Virus record (IMG/VR): IMGVR_UViG_3300032116_000004
Coordinates: 186,001 to 250,000 of that record
Length of the DNA stretch: 64,000 bases
Reading direction: 5' to 3' (one strand)
The position numbers and the translations under genes are program-made. Positions 10,823 through 20,618 of the stretch are shown here, piece by piece. The stretch's first letter is position 1, and every line of letters begins with the position of its first letter. The notes below the pieces were generated by a model. That model was not told the origin of the DNA. It saw only the letters and a program-made list of their open reading frames with translations, and ran no database searches.

Positions 10823-11625
10823 AAATACTGATCACTGGAGGCCATGGATTCGTTGGGCGTTTCCTGGGCCAATATCTGGCTCACAGTCACGACGTTTATG
10901 CACCCGGAAGGGATCAATTGGATGTATGCGATCCTGGCGCTGTGGATCGTGTTTTGAGCAATGGCTATGATTGGATCATCCACTGTGCCGTATCAGGTCG
11001 CAATCAAACTCTAAGCACGGATCCTGCCATAGTTTCCAACAACATCAGGGCCTTGAACAATATTTTATCAAAACGAGACAGTTGGGGATCATTGATCAAT
11101 ATAGCCAGTGGAGCAGAATTTGATCTTGACACCGATATCGATCGTGCCAAAGAACAAGATATCTGGATCCGAAATCCACAGCACAGTTATGGCCTGAGCA
11201 AAAATTTAACAGCAAAGATAGTGGCGGCGTTACCAAATTGCGTCAATCTCCGTTTGTTTGGGTGTTTTGATCCCAGCGAATCCGATCCCAGACCTATCAA
11301 AAGGTGCCAAGGGTTGGTCTCACAAGGATTGCCTTTTTTGATAGAGGACAGGCCTTTTGATACAGTTTCAGCAGGAGATTTTGCTCGGGTGGTTTCGGCT
11401 GTTTTGGATGGTAAAATACGTGACAACGATTTGAATGTAGTGTATAATAAAAAACATACATTGGGTGAAACATTGAAAATTTACTGTAGATTACACAACT
11501 ATGATCCAGATTTGATCAGGATCTCAGACAAACCGGGCAGGAGTTATACCGGTGATGGCAGCCGACTGCATGCACATGCTTTGCCCTTGGTCGGACTAGA
11601 ACACAGCCTCAGAGAATACCTATGA
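10819..11625 (+). CDS. NAD-dependent epimerase/reductase
   Basis: ITGGHGFVG, YGLSK. Confidence 0.85.
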   Translation: MKILITGGHGFVGRFLGQYLAHSHDVYAPGRDQLDVCDPGAVDRVLSNGYDWIIHCAVSGRNQTLSTDPAIVSNNIRALNNILSKRDSWGSLINIASGAEFDLDTDIDRAKEQDIWIRNPQHSYGLSKNLTAKIVAALPNCVNLRLFGCFDPSESDPRPIKRCQGLVSQGLPFLIEDRPFDTVSAGDFARVVSAVLDGKIRDNDLNVVYNKKHTLGETLKIYCRLHNYDPDLIRISDKPGRSYTGDGSRLHAHALPLVGLEHSLREYL

Positions 11626-12194
11626 AAAAAGTCTACGTGAGTTGGTCTGACGTGCAACGACAGGTGCAGGAATTAGTGCGACAGATGTGGTTGGATCAAT
11701 GGCGACCAGATTATGTGGTAGGTATCACCCGAGGTGGTCTGGTTCCAGCCAACCTGATCAGCCAGTATCTGGATTGTCCGATGTATACTCTAGGCGTTCG
11801 ATTGCGCGACGGCAACGATGGTGATTGCGAAAGCAATCTTTGGATGCCAGAAGACGCTTTTGGTTACCATAGAACCGACGACTTGCCGGGATTTAGCAAT
11901 TCCGCCTTGCGTAAGAACATCCTGATAGTGGATGATATCAATGACTCTGGCGCCACTATAAACTGGATTCGCAAAGATTGGCAAGGGTCTTGTTTGCCTA
12001 ACGATCCTGCCTGGGCCGAAGTCTGGGGCAATAATCTACGCCTTGCTGTGCTCTATGACAACGAATCCAGTGAAGCAGAACTCATAGTAGATTACGCAGC
12101 CGAACGTGTGAACAAATTTGAAACACCACAGTGGATCGTGTTTCCGTGGGAAGAGTGGTGGCGTCATTGGAATCCCGAAGAACAACATGTATGA
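11622..12194 (+). CDS. Type I phosphoribosyltransferase (Gpt-like)
   Basis: VGITRGG, ILIVDDINDSGAT, WIVFPWE. Confidence 0.9.
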   Translation: MKKVYVSWSDVQRQVQELVRQMWLDQWRPDYVVGITRGGLVPANLISQYLDCPMYTLGVRLRDGNDGDCESNLWMPEDAFGYHRTDDLPGFSNSALRKNILIVDDINDSGATINWIRKDWQGSCLPNDPAWAEVWGNNLRLAVLYDNESSEAELIVDYAAERVNKFETPQWIVFPWEEWWRHWNPEEQHV

Positions 12195-12648
12195 TGTGGT
12201 AGTTGTCATGGTGCATGTATGGCAAGACATGCCCAAATTGGAAAACATACGTTGGAAAGAATTCTCTGCACTGATAGTAGATGATGCCAACAAGATTTCT
12301 TGGCCCAAAATATGGCAGTTTGATTTCATAGATAAAACAGCATGGTTGAATTTGACTGCCAATAAACCAGATATTGCAGATAAGATAATGGATCAAGGCA
12401 AAGTGCCCCATCCTGCCATAAGATATGGATACAACGATTGGATATCAACATCTGATGGGCAAACAGCAGATATCATAAAACTACTCAATCCAAAAATAGT
12501 GATGTTTGGAGGCCTCCACAAAGATTTGTGTGTCACAGGCGTCAAACTAGCCGTAGAAGATGATCAACGAGAATACTTTGTCAGTGATAGATTGAGTTAT
12601 ACTTGGAAACAAACCGCCGCGGCCATATACAAGGATTGGGACAAATGA
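12187..12648 (+). CDS. Hypothetical protein, weak isochorismatase-like fold
   Basis: VMFGGLHKDLCV resembles cysteine-hydrolase motif; ATG overlapping upstream gene chosen. Confidence 0.4.
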   Translation: MYDVVVVMVHVWQDMPKLENIRWKEFSALIVDDANKISWPKIWQFDFIDKTAWLNLTANKPDIADKIMDQGKVPHPAIRYGYNDWISTSDGQTADIIKLLNPKIVMFGGLHKDLCVTGVKLAVEDDQREYFVSDRLSYTWKQTAAAIYKDWDK

Positions 12649-13073
12649 TAGAGCCATTGCGCGATGATCTAATGGTGCAACAACAGTTGCCTGCCGGGCG
12701 CACAGTGAATGGTGCTTGGCAACACATGGTGGCTGTGATCATGCTGAACCAAACTGGACGCAAACCGGTAAAAACAGTTTTCCCTATCTTTATGGATAGA
12801 TGGTCTACGCCCGATCGATTCCTTCGAGCCACTGAGAAAGAAGTCAAGGATGTAATCTGTCCTTTGGGCATGGTCAATGTTAGATATAAAAGATTACATG
12901 GCATGACTCAAGATTTCTTGACCTGGCAACACGAAGATGCTACAATGTTATATGGCATTGGCAAATATGGGTCAGACAGTTATGAAATCTTTTTCAAGAA
13001 CAACTATGCTGTTGATCCCACAGACAAAGAACTAAAACGCTATTTACAAGAAGAAATTTTTGAAATCATCTAA
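12645..13073 (+). CDS. HhH-GPD DNA glycosylase, MBD4-like
   Basis: VIMLNQT, PLG, LYGIGKYGSDSYEIF, DPTDKELKRY. Confidence 0.85.
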   Translation: MIEPLRDDLMVQQQLPAGRTVNGAWQHMVAVIMLNQTGRKPVKTVFPIFMDRWSTPDRFLRATEKEVKDVICPLGMVNVRYKRLHGMTQDFLTWQHEDATMLYGIGKYGSDSYEIFFKNNYAVDPTDKELKRYLQEEIFEII

Positions 13074-13081
13074 ATACAATC

Positions 13082-13981
13082 ATGGAAAAAATCACTTACA
13101 CAGAAATATTTTATAGCCTCCAGGGCGAAGGCCGATGGGCCGGCGTGCCTTCGGTATTCTTCCGCACCTATGGTTGCAACTTCCGTTGTAAAAAGTTTGG
13201 CCGTCCACGCGATGAAATCCTTGAAGGACACAACCCCGAAGTCACGGACATCATCGAAATGGTTCGGGCCGAACCCGAACGTTATAAGAAGTTTGAGGAT
13301 CTGCCCCTTGTGACCACAGGATGCGATACCTACGCTTCGATCTATCCTGAGTTTAAGAGTTTCAATCACATCGACGACACAGACACTATCGTAGACAAGA
13401 TGCATGCTATGATTCCCAACAATCGTTGGAACTCCGACGGATGGAACGACAATGACATCCATCTTGTTGTCACTGGCGGAGAACCACTGTTGGGGTATCA
13501 GCAACTGTATCCGCAACTGTTAGAACGCTGTAGGGCCAACGGACTGAAAAGTCTGACCTTTGAAACCAATGGAACCCAAGATCTCTACCCCGAAGTGCAT
13601 GAATACTTGTTTGAAGAATTCACGAGGCACGGTCGAGATTATGACAGGCTCACATTCAGTGTCAGTCCAAAACTACCCTGTTCTGGAGAGTCGTGGGATC
13701 GTGCTATCAATCCCAAGATCATCAAGAATTATGAGATGATTGGTTATACCTACGTGAAATTTGTGGTAGCTACACGCCAAGACGTGGAAGATGCCGAACG
13801 TGCAGTGGCTGAATTCCGCGAGGCAGGATTTGGCGGGCCTGTGTATCTCATGCCCATGGGTGGTGTTCCGCAGGTATACAATCTCAACACGCAAGAAGTG
13901 GCACGTTTAGCCATGGAACGTGGATGGCGTTACAGTCCCAGACTGCAAGTGGATATCTGGCGCAACGCCTGGGGAACATGA
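13082..13981 (+). CDS. queE: 7-carboxy-7-deazaguanine synthase (radical SAM)
   Basis: EIFYSLQGEG, FFRTYGCNFRC...GCDT, TGGEP, ETNG, SPK. Confidence 0.92.
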   Translation: MEKITYTEIFYSLQGEGRWAGVPSVFFRTYGCNFRCKKFGRPRDEILEGHNPEVTDIIEMVRAEPERYKKFEDLPLVTTGCDTYASIYPEFKSFNHIDDTDTIVDKMHAMIPNNRWNSDGWNDNDIHLVVTGGEPLLGYQQLYPQLLERCRANGLKSLTFETNGTQDLYPEVHEYLFEEFTRHGRDYDRLTFSVSPKLPCSGESWDRAINPKIIKNYEMIGYTYVKFVVATRQDVEDAERAVAEFREAGFGGPVYLMPMGGVPQVYNLNTQEVARLAMERGWRYSPRLQVDIWRNAWGT

Positions 13982-13982
13982 T

Positions 13983-14465
13983 TTGTCAAACAAGGCCAAG
14001 GGTCGCACGAGCTATGATACCCAAGCCGGTAATGTAGTCGTTGAGTTCTTCAACAGGAACGTAACGCCTTATCCTACTGAAGCTGGCGGACCTAAGTTTG
14101 ATCTTATTCCCATCGAAAAGCAAAAAGACATCATGGTCAATGTGGCCAGGATGCATGCTGAACAAGAATATCATCGCATACTAGAACTGGTAGAAGTGCT
14201 ACAACGACAGGCCGCGGGAATTAAACGTCGGTTGGATGTCACTGACATGGTGCATCAAGCGCACTATCAGTTCCAGACCTATCATGGCCAATGTTATTGG
14301 TTAGCCCATGATCACATGCACCAAGGTAGGATAGCATTGTTGCACATGGGACCAGGAGAATGGAGCACAGGTGCCCCGGACTGGTATGAATATATCTGCC
14401 GAGTGAAGTGGCTAGGTGACTACACTTGGGCAGAAGTTGATGATCAAGGAAACGTCATAGAATGA
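13983..14465 (+). CDS. Hypothetical protein (DUF2452-like)
   Basis: Open frame, TPYPTEAGGPKF; TTG start chosen. Confidence 0.6.
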   Translation: MSNKAKGRTSYDTQAGNVVVEFFNRNVTPYPTEAGGPKFDLIPIEKQKDIMVNVARMHAEQEYHRILELVEVLQRQAAGIKRRLDVTDMVHQAHYQFQTYHGQCYWLAHDHMHQGRIALLHMGPGEWSTGAPDWYEYICRVKWLGDYTWAEVDDQGNVIE

Positions 14466-14824
14466 CCGTGATACACATTGATCGAGAAGCCGGGCCCAAA
14501 GAAGTCAGTTATAAGATAGAACGTCCTGATGGTGGGTGGAAACGTAACTTTACCGAATCCGAAAAAAACAAACTGTCGCCCATAGCCGAAACCTTGGCCA
14601 TGATGGATGGCAATGCATTCTTTACCAACTCTGATGTGGTAGAAAGTTATCTGCCCGAAGCCCATGCCATATATGAAAGCAACGGCGGCGACACGGGTTG
14701 GGCTAGTGAATGCAGTTGGCTGCGAGATTGGCGCATGATACAAGAAGATACCACACTCAAGGATGCTTACGATAAATTACAAGTGCTATTGGCGCTGAAG
14801 AGGAAAGAAAATGGGAATATTTGA
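14462..14824 (+). CDS. Hypothetical protein
   Basis: ATGA-coupled ORF. Confidence 0.6.
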   Translation: MTVIHIDREAGPKEVSYKIERPDGGWKRNFTESEKNKLSPIAETLAMMDGNAFFTNSDVVESYLPEAHAIYESNGGDTGWASECSWLRDWRMIQEDTTLKDAYDKLQVLLALKRKENGNI

Positions 14825-15227
14825 TCTGTTCAAAAGAAAAGAAAAAGTCAGTGAAACTGCGGTTTCCAACGAAAATGTTGACAAAGATATAAAAAAGTCT
14901 GCAGAACCAACAAAAAGTAAGAAAAAGTCTGAGAAAGAATTAGCCACAGAACGTGGTGAACCTTACATCGAAATACTGAGAATGGACGTCAACCCCAATG
15001 ACATCAACACCGGCGCATTTGAGTTTGATTGGAATGACAAGTTCGTGGCCAATCTCATACGAGCAGGATATCAAGGCAAAACCGATGCTGACCTAGTGGA
15101 TCAATGGTTCCAGAATGTGTGTCGCAACGTGGTGCTAGAAACCTACGAACAGTATGAAGCCATGAACAACGACAGCCGTTACATGCAGAGCAGAGATCTC
15201 GGAGATGGTCGGAGAGAGATAGGATGA
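14811..15227 (+). CDS. Hypothetical protein
   Basis: Coupled ORF, SD present. Confidence 0.65.
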   Translation: MGIFDLFKRKEKVSETAVSNENVDKDIKKSAEPTKSKKKSEKELATERGEPYIEILRMDVNPNDINTGAFEFDWNDKFVANLIRAGYQGKTDADLVDQWFQNVCRNVVLETYEQYEAMNNDSRYMQSRDLGDGRREIG

Positions 15228-15742
15228 TATTCAATCACATCAAACAACTGCATGCCGAAGGCAAGAAGATTGGCATCACATTCTCGACCTTTGACATGTT
15301 GCATGCTGGCCATATTGCCATGCTGAGCGAAGCTAAAAATCACTGTGACTATCTCATCTGTGGTTTACAAACTGATCCCACCATAGATAGACCTGACACC
15401 AAGAACCGCCCTGTGCAAAGTATCGTAGAACGACAGATACAGTTGGCGGCCTGCCGTTATGTGGATGAGATTGTGATATATTCCACCGAACAAGATCTAC
15501 GAGATCTTTTGCTGATACTGCCCGTGGATGTTCGTATCTTAGGAGTAGAATATCAAGGAAAGAATTTTTCCGGACAGGCTGAATGTGAGCAACGTGGAAT
15601 AGATATCATATTCAATGGCAGAGATCACAGTTTCAGTTCCAGCGGTCTGCGCCAACGTGTGGTAGCAGCCGAGCACGAAAAAGAAATCAAGAAAAAAGCC
15701 GCACCCGTTGGCAACGATGATAACCCGACAACGAGTCCTTGA
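15224..15742 (+). CDS. Cytidylyltransferase (TagD-like)
   Basis: STFDMLHAGH (HIGH), YVDE, RDHSFSSS. Confidence 0.9.
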   Translation: MIFNHIKQLHAEGKKIGITFSTFDMLHAGHIAMLSEAKNHCDYLICGLQTDPTIDRPDTKNRPVQSIVERQIQLAACRYVDEIVIYSTEQDLRDLLLILPVDVRILGVEYQGKNFSGQAECEQRGIDIIFNGRDHSFSSSGLRQRVVAAEHEKEIKKKAAPVGNDDNPTTSP

Positions 15743-16491
15743 TGATTTTAACCAATGGTTGTAGTTTTACTGAAGGTTTTTATCTTGCTAACAAAAATGA
15801 CGCTTGGCCTGCACAACTTGGATCTTTATTAAATTCCACAGTGATGGATCTGTCGTTAGGTGGGGCGAGTAATCAAAGAATTTTACGGACCACACAAGAA
15901 TCTCTGGTCAATCATAAAAATATTGATTTGGTAGTGATCGGGTGGACCGGAAACGAACGCAATGAAATTTTTTCAACTGATGGCGATTACGTGAGAGCCA
16001 CGTTTGGCGGCTGCCTTGGCGAAAAAACAGACAATCGCAACAATCAGGAATATCTTGAAATCTTGCATAAGAATTGGGTGAAATATAATTTCAACGAATG
16101 GTTAAATTATCGTAATTGGATCTACGACGTCTTGTTACTGCAAGATTATCTTGATTTTGCAAAAATTCCTTATAAATTTTTTTCAGCATTTGGTGAGAAT
16201 CTTATCGCCGATTTTTTAAATAAAGATCAAAAAAGCCTCGACTTGGTCCGGCACGCTTGGGCTCCATGGAATCGAGAACAATTCTCTCCGGATATGGAGC
16301 GAAATCTAGATTGGAAAGAAATGTGTGATTTAATAACAAAGATAAACCTTGATCGTTGGATAACTAAAAATGAACACACGATGGATAGTTATCTGATGTC
16401 TATAGGAATAATCGAAAGAGAACCAGGAGGACATCCTGTGGAAAATGGTCATCGGTGTTGGGCAGAAAAAATAGCGACTGAAACACGATGA
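15739..16491 (+). CDS. SGNH-hydrolase-like protein
   Basis: NGCSFT, GGASN, GGHP. Confidence 0.65.
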   Translation: MMILTNGCSFTEGFYLANKNDAWPAQLGSLLNSTVMDLSLGGASNQRILRTTQESLVNHKNIDLVVIGWTGNERNEIFSTDGDYVRATFGGCLGEKTDNRNNQEYLEILHKNWVKYNFNEWLNYRNWIYDVLLLQDYLDFAKIPYKFFSAFGENLIADFLNKDQKSLDLVRHAWAPWNREQFSPDMERNLDWKEMCDLITKINLDRWITKNEHTMDSYLMSIGIIEREPGGHPVENGHRCWAEKIATETR

Positions 16492-17189
16492 TATTATATG
16501 TCAACGGCGACAGCCATACAGCCGCGGCCGAAGCTGTCAATGCTTATGCTTTTGCTGAGGATGATCCTAATTTAGGATATCTGCACAGACTACCCCATCC
16601 AGATAATCTAGCTGTGAGTTGGGGGAGATTACTGTCTGAAACGCTCAAAGCCGCATTCCACTGTGATGCAGAATCAGCAGCCAGCAATGACCGCATCATG
16701 CGTACCACACGAAGTTGGATTGACAAACACCAGCGTGATTGGTCCAGGACACTGATGATCATACAATGGTCTACTTGGGAGAGAGAAGAGTGGTTGCATG
16801 AAGAAACCTACTATCAAGTCAATGCTTCGGGCATCGACGATGTTCCACTTGAATTACAAGACCGATACAAACAGTTTGTGGCGTCAGTGGATTGGCAAAC
16901 CAAGACTCAACATTGGCACCAACAGATATGGCAACTGCATCTAGATCTTGCGCAACGTGGCATAAGGCATGTGTTCTTTAATGGCAACTCAGATTTTTCG
17001 GCCGTGCCAAATCGTCTGGAATGGGGCGCCAATTATTTGGAACCTTACAGTCCAGAACACTCATTTTCCATCATCTTGTCCAAAAATTATCAAACAGTGG
17101 CACCCAATTCCTATCATTTTGGTCAGGAAGCTCATAGATTTTTTGCTCATTTTATGTTACAATACTGTATCGCCAACAAATTGATATGA
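16488..17189 (+). CDS. SGNH-hydrolase-like protein (paralog)
   Basis: NGDSHT, AASN, YHFG...AH. Confidence 0.65.
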   Translation: MILYVNGDSHTAAAEAVNAYAFAEDDPNLGYLHRLPHPDNLAVSWGRLLSETLKAAFHCDAESAASNDRIMRTTRSWIDKHQRDWSRTLMIIQWSTWEREEWLHEETYYQVNASGIDDVPLELQDRYKQFVASVDWQTKTQHWHQQIWQLHLDLAQRGIRHVFFNGNSDFSAVPNRLEWGANYLEPYSPEHSFSIILSKNYQTVAPNSYHFGQEAHRFFAHFMLQYCIANKLI

Positions 17190-17192
17190 GCC

Positions 17193-18194
17193 ATGCGTTA
17201 TCTACTGATTGACACTGCCAACATGTTTTTCCGTGCCCGACACGTGGCTTTCCGTGCCGAGGATCCATGGGAGAAAGTGGGCTATGCCCTACACATCACC
17301 TTGAGTGCTGTGAACAAGGTGTTCAACAAATTCCAAGCGGATCATGTGATATTTGCGTTGGAAGGTCGCTCGTGGCGCAAGGATCACTATGCTCCTTACA
17401 AAAAGAATCGCGCCGATGCTCGTGCCGCGCTCACAGAACGTGAACAAGAAGAGGATCGCATGTTCTGGGAAACATTTGATGCGTTCAAAGACTATCTCAG
17501 TATCAAGACCAACTGCTCGGTGATCCGCGAACCCAATGCTGAAGCCGATGACATCATCGCACGTTGGATTGACCTACATCCCAACGACGAACATTACATC
17601 ATTTCATCTGACACTGACTTCGTGCAACTTTTGGCTGGCAATGTGCATCAATACAACGGCATTACTGACGAACTGCTCACTGTCAAAGGTATCTTTGATG
17701 CCAAGGGCAAGGAAGTGATAGACAAAAAGACCAAAGAACCCAAACGCATACCGGACCCTGAATGGTTGTTGTTTGAGAAATGCATGCGTGGCGATGTCAG
17801 CGACAATGTGTTTTCGGCCTATCCTGGTGTGAGAACCAAAGGCACTAAAAACAAAGTGGGCCTGTTGGAAGCCTTTGCTGATCGCACATCCAAAGGTTAT
17901 AATTGGAATAATCTCATGCTACAACGCTGGACTGATCACAACGGCGAAGAGCATCGTGTTTTAGACGACTACAATCGTAATCGTGCGCTGATCGATCTAC
18001 GAGCACAACCCGACACAGTAAAACTGGCTGTAGACACGGCCATACACGAGCAGATTTCACACAAAGATGTAGGACAAGTTGGTAGCCACTTCATGAAATT
18101 CTGTGGTAAATACCAACTCAACAGAGCCAGCGAACAAGCAGAACAGTTCGGACGATGGCTCAATAAAACATATCAAGGAGTTTTAAACCCATGA
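17193..18194 (+). CDS. T4 RNase H-like 5'-3' exonuclease
   Basis: LLID, YKKNR, EADDII, SSDTDFVQL, GDVSDNV. Confidence 0.9.
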   Translation: MRYLLIDTANMFFRARHVAFRAEDPWEKVGYALHITLSAVNKVFNKFQADHVIFALEGRSWRKDHYAPYKKNRADARAALTEREQEEDRMFWETFDAFKDYLSIKTNCSVIREPNAEADDIIARWIDLHPNDEHYIISSDTDFVQLLAGNVHQYNGITDELLTVKGIFDAKGKEVIDKKTKEPKRIPDPEWLLFEKCMRGDVSDNVFSAYPGVRTKGTKNKVGLLEAFADRTSKGYNWNNLMLQRWTDHNGEEHRVLDDYNRNRALIDLRAQPDTVKLAVDTAIHEQISHKDVGQVGSHFMKFCGKYQLNRASEQAEQFGRWLNKTYQGVLNP

Positions 18195-18634
18195 TCCTGG
18201 CAAAACCTGTTATAGCAAACAAATACTGGATTCTCAAAGAAGACGATCAAAAAATAGGCTCCGTAGAGGCTGAAGGTGGTGTGTTCCGTGTGCGCATGTA
18301 TGATGCGGCCGAAGAATTCAAGACCATCAAAACCATAAAAAACAAAACACGAATCATATTCGAAGAACCACCTGCACAGAAAAAAACCAAAAAAGAGCAT
18401 GCGGTCAACGGCTTCGCTACAGATGCCACACCTCACAATGCTATCTATGATGTGCAACGTCGTTTGCCCATCTACACCAAGAAGAACAAATCAAAATCAT
18501 GGTTTGCCGCGGGGTGGTATCAGATCAACACCACTGGCTCGTGGGAAACTGTGTTTTGCCCCAAACTGATCTTGCTCCAACGCTACGAGTATCGCGGCCC
18601 TGCACACTCAGCCGATCAGTTCACGTTCAGTTAA
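18191..18634 (+). CDS. Hypothetical protein
   Basis: Coupled ORF. Confidence 0.65.
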   Translation: MILAKPVIANKYWILKEDDQKIGSVEAEGGVFRVRMYDAAEEFKTIKTIKNKTRIIFEEPPAQKKTKKEHAVNGFATDATPHNAIYDVQRRLPIYTKKNKSKSWFAAGWYQINTTGSWETVFCPKLILLQRYEYRGPAHSADQFTFS

Positions 18635-18840
18635 TGAGCCGGTTACACATCTCCAAATTCATAGATCGGGTGCAACACTTTGAACAGCGTGGTGCCCGAG
18701 ATTTCACCTGCCCGCTGGTGGATGCCAAAAATCTACACGCTGACATCACGAGATTACTGCTCGAACTAGAAGAACTGCGTGAAAAAGGCCAGCAGGGCGA
18801 ATCTCGCATAACCGTGGAGATGCAGGGCGGAAGTTTTTAA
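18634..18840 (+). CDS. Hypothetical protein
   Basis: TAATG coupling. Confidence 0.55.
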   Translation: MSRLHISKFIDRVQHFEQRGARDFTCPLVDAKNLHADITRLLLELEELREKGQQGESRITVEMQGGSF

Positions 18841-18878
18841 TCTACCCAGTTTATCATAAATAAACTGGAGAGATAAAG

Positions 18879-19178
18879 ATGAGTAGACCCAAGCCCAAAG
18901 TCTTGGTCGAACTGACCAACAAATCAACTTATAAAACCGAACAGGTGCTGGCTTCAGAAGGTATCTGGGCGGTGTTCTTTGATGACAAACCTATCAACCT
19001 CAAAACGTCAAACTTCCTGGTGCAGTATCCTGGACCCAAATACAAAAAAGTAAGTTTTTCCAATCCTGGTCATGCCATCAACCTGGCCAAGAAACTCAAT
19101 CAACAATTCAAGACAGACAAGTTTTCTGTAGTGCTACTCAAATCGGGAGATAGGATCTATCCCGATGGCAAACAATAA
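18879..19178 (+). CDS. Hypothetical protein
   Basis: GGAG SD, basic ORF. Confidence 0.7.
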   Translation: MSRPKPKVLVELTNKSTYKTEQVLASEGIWAVFFDDKPINLKTSNFLVQYPGPKYKKVSFSNPGHAINLAKKLNQQFKTDKFSVVLLKSGDRIYPDGKQ

Positions 19179-19518
19179 AAGAGAAATCACCCAACGCCTG
19201 CTGGCATTGATTCCTGACCAATCAGTGAATCTCGACCATGCTTTGAAAGTCTGGTATATGAACATCAGAGACACAGGTGGCTTGCGACTCACTGCCATTG
19301 GTTATGCTGTGTTGAGGACCTTGGACATAGAATCCTGGAACATGGATCTAGATCCAAAAAAGATCAACAAGAAGACCATACTGGAACTGGATCGCAAACT
19401 ACAGTGGCCTTACTACATTGACACCAAGAAACGACAGATCATCTTTTTCTCCAGCCGCGAAGCCATGCTGGCCACACTGTATGGCGACCTGGGATCATTT
19501 CTCAAACAGTATTCTTAG
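19165..19518 (+). CDS. Hypothetical protein
   Basis: Coupled ORF. Confidence 0.65.
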   Translation: MANNKREITQRLLALIPDQSVNLDHALKVWYMNIRDTGGLRLTAIGYAVLRTLDIESWNMDLDPKKINKKTILELDRKLQWPYYIDTKKRQIIFFSSREAMLATLYGDLGSFLKQYS

Positions 19519-20472
19519 ATCTTCAGCGGCACGACGACGTATGCTGTCAGCATAGTCACCCATGAGATAGTCAAAGTTACGATCGATTTTTTCTTTGACT
19601 CTATCAAGATCGATGTCTTGGCGCAGTGTATCAATGTTGCGTTCTATGGCACTATACATCCGGGTATCCTTGTGCTCAGTGTCATATGAATAGTCATAGA
19701 TTTCAGGATATGTGTCAAATCCCAGATTCTCAACATCTTCCATGCACAGCCGATGGCCGATGCACATGAATGGATGCCGGGCGGCGATGGCCAACAAGGT
19801 CTTTTCTGTGACGATGCCTCCCACATCTTGATAAAGGCTTTCTGTGATGATGGATGATCTAGCACTCTGATACACAGGCAACATCTTGACGAAATTGTCT
19901 ACATTGTTGAAATTGTAGGCCTGATAGGGATGTATGTCTATGGGATTGAATATCGAGTGGCTGACAAAGCCCGAAGGTTCGTGTCTCAGCAGATTGTAGA
20001 CTTCTTGCCGATATTCTCGAGCACGGCCATTGAGACAGATCCAATTGTGTCGAATGTCTTTTTTGGTAACATCTTTCCATTCAGCCCATCGGGCTTTCAG
20101 TTGATGCACCAGTTCATAACTGTGGCTAGCGAAGTTCACTATACGTATATTTCCTTGATAGATGTCTCGCAGTCTGTGATCCCAACACACGAAGATTATC
20201 TTGCTCTGTTGTTCTGGAGTGAACTGTTGTTCCAGCCAATGCAGTTCCACGCAAAGATTATCGTAAAAATGTATGAAATCCTGTGCATGGATAACCAGCC
20301 GGAAATTCTTGCGATACCAACGCTCTCGAGCGATATCAGGTAGATTGATGTTCCATCGACTGCTCACTATGGGCCTGCCCAGGGCGCAAGGAACGAACTC
20401 AAAGTCCAGTCCACGAGCCCGGAGCAACAGGATCATTTCTTTGTTAAAATTGGGTTCCGTGTAGTTGGGCAT
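19495..20472 (-). CDS. 'TEK-motif' putative glycosyltransferase (GT10-like C-terminus)
   Basis: SIITESL...IVTEKTL...HPFM...GFD..DYSYD, shared with four paralogs in this window. Confidence 0.55.
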   Translation of the reverse strand: MPNYTEPNFNKEMILLLRARGLDFEFVPCALGRPIVSSRWNINLPDIARERWYRKNFRLVIHAQDFIHFYDNLCVELHWLEQQFTPEQQSKIIFVCWDHRLRDIYQGNIRIVNFASHSYELVHQLKARWAEWKDVTKKDIRHNWICLNGRAREYRQEVYNLLRHEPSGFVSHSIFNPIDIHPYQAYNFNNVDNFVKMLPVYQSARSSIITESLYQDVGGIVTEKTLLAIAARHPFMCIGHRLCMEDVENLGFDTYPEIYDYSYDTEHKDTRMYSAIERNIDTLRQDIDLDRVKEKIDRNFDYLMGDYADSIRRRAAEDLRILFEK

Positions 20473-20483
20473 TGAATCAGGGG

Positions 20484-20512
20484 TTGACCAGGAATTAAAT
20501 TTCGGGTAAAAT
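20484..20512 (+). promoter_or_regulatory. sigma70-type promoter
   Basis: TTGACC-17-TAAAAT. Confidence 0.6.
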
Positions 20513-20514
20513 TG

Positions 20515-20532
20515 TGTTGTAAATCAGCAACA
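20515..20532. promoter_or_regulatory. Palindromic operator-like site
   Basis: TGTTGT-N6-GCAACA, similar to 48606-48623. Confidence 0.5.
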
Positions 20533-20582
20533 CCGCACAAATGCTAGGTTAGCAAGCACTAACTTAGTGGTTTTCTGCCCGG

Positions 20583-20612
20583 TTGACCAAAAATACCCTT
20601 TTCGGTTATAAT
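20583..20612 (+). promoter_or_regulatory. sigma70-type promoter, leaderless
   Basis: TTGACC-18-TATAAT, ATG 6 nt downstream. Confidence 0.75.
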
Positions 20613-20618
20613 ATATGT

